Shown: positions 63,164 through 64,000 of the stretch, in pieces
Numbering within the stretch: position 1 is the stretch's first letter
Layout: every line of letters begins with the position of its first letter
Made by a program: the position numbers and the translations under genes
The notes under the pieces: model-generated
What the model saw: the letters and a program-made list of their open reading frames with translations, nothing else
The model's database searches: none
Told to the model about the DNA's origin: nothing
DNA from: Tricharina praecox
Taxonomy: Eukaryota
Assembly: GCF_024521635.1 (NCBI RefSeq)
Contig: NW_026250434.1
Span: 124,001 to 188,000, forward strand
DNA: 64,000 bases
Direction of reading: 5' to 3'

Positions 63164-63642
63164 TGGTTGGGGACTCCTACAGTAGAGCCGATGGGGTCGA
63201 ACATTCGTAGAAAATCGAATTAATTACAAAAGGGTAAATATATGGCGATTTTTTAGTTTTTTTAGTAGAGAATGTGCATTTTAATTCCATTTTAGGCCTA
63301 TTTAATCCAAATCTCAGCCTAAAATCGTTCTTGGCTTACCTGATCGGGCTGTTCATGGGCCCAGAATGGGCAAGCACAGTGCAAACATGGGTAAATCGGG
63401 TGATAACAGGGGGGGGGGGAACGTTAGGTTGGCCTCCATACAAAACGATTTACTTTGTAAATTCTTCTTCTCCACAACCACGCTTCTTAAAACCAATCGG
63501 ACATTATTTGAATGACGGCCATGCGATTCTCTATCTATTAATCACGAGTTTTTGTTCAAAAGAAACGTTTTGGTGGAGGAGATAAGTGTCAAAGTTGGGG
63601 GTGTTTTTCCATCGGTTATGCACTAATAGGCGTCCCCAACCA
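63164..63642. mobile_element. Putative degenerate MITE (about 480 bp, AT-rich)
   Basis: Left TGGTTGGGGACTCCTACAGTAGAGCCGATGG versus the reverse complement of the right end, TGGTTGGGGACGCCTATTAGTGCATAACCGATGG. AT-rich interior; no clear TSD. Confidence 0.55.
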
Positions 63643-63825
63643 AAATCGATCACTCGCACCCACGGACGCGCCACTGACTAAGCACACAAAGTTCAGAGCC
63701 TCCACAGAAGCGAACCGTACTCACGACGTGAACCTTCAACTCAATAACGCGTCTTCCCGCGGCCGCCATTCCGCCCATCGCACGCACACACCACCCCCCA
63801 CGCACACACACACATACAATATACT

Positions 63826-64000
63826 ATGGCATCGCCCACGTCGCTCGCCCCGGATACAGATGACGAACTGCAGCTGCTCGCAGACACCCTCGAGGTTGTG
63901 CCAAAGCCTAACGAGGTCGAGCCCGAGGGCCTGCGCCAGCTGCTCGATGACCGGATAGAGGAGCTGCGCCAACTGCTCGATACGCTAGGCAAGAACGATG
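63826..64000 (+). CDS. 5' end of an unidentified gene (MASPTSLAPDTDDELQLLADTLEV...), truncated by the window
   Basis: ATG after a CA-rich leader, open to the window end, with coding-like GC3 bias. Confidence 0.6.
   Translation, partial: MASPTSLAPDTDDELQLLADTLEVVPKPNEVEPEGLRQLLDDRIEELRQLLDTLGKND

Overview
Eukaryotic (filamentous ascomycete, probably Pezizomycetes-like; this is an inference from intron signals and gene families) genomic window with short GT-AG introns carrying CTRAY branch points. Housekeeping genes dominate 0-11 kb and 16-27 kb: DCN1, PRP16, NAD kinase, TOM22, EBP2, mitochondrial uS11, a PMP22/Mpv17-family gene, ALB1, FZO1 and a Zrg17-like CDF transporter. The 49-64 kb part holds a PLAC8 gene, a 2OG-Fe(II) dioxygenase, an RBM5/10-like splicing factor, an intron-containing tRNA-Ser(GCT) and unknown genes. 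Two transposon-rich accessory patches interrupt this. (i) 11.7-13.9 kb: a Ty1/copia remnant (5' LTR, PBS, frameshifted gag) cut off exactly at the TIR of an internally deleted hAT element. (ii) About 30-47 kb: a DUF4238 gene, hAT MITEs, a diverged Yme2 paralogue lacking Walker A, a pseudogenised SesB-like/NACHT/ankyrin NLR and a long-TIR element. Structures not shown by the ORF track are a three-member hAT deletion series hinged on a GACTGCAGTCGACTGCAGTC palindrome, an intact Tourist/PIF-like MITE with a TTA TSD, two further TIR elements, a GC-AG intron and an 18-nt micro-exon. No wholly new system can be proven from sequence alone; the DUF4238 + NLR 'immunity island' and the hAT series are the best leads.
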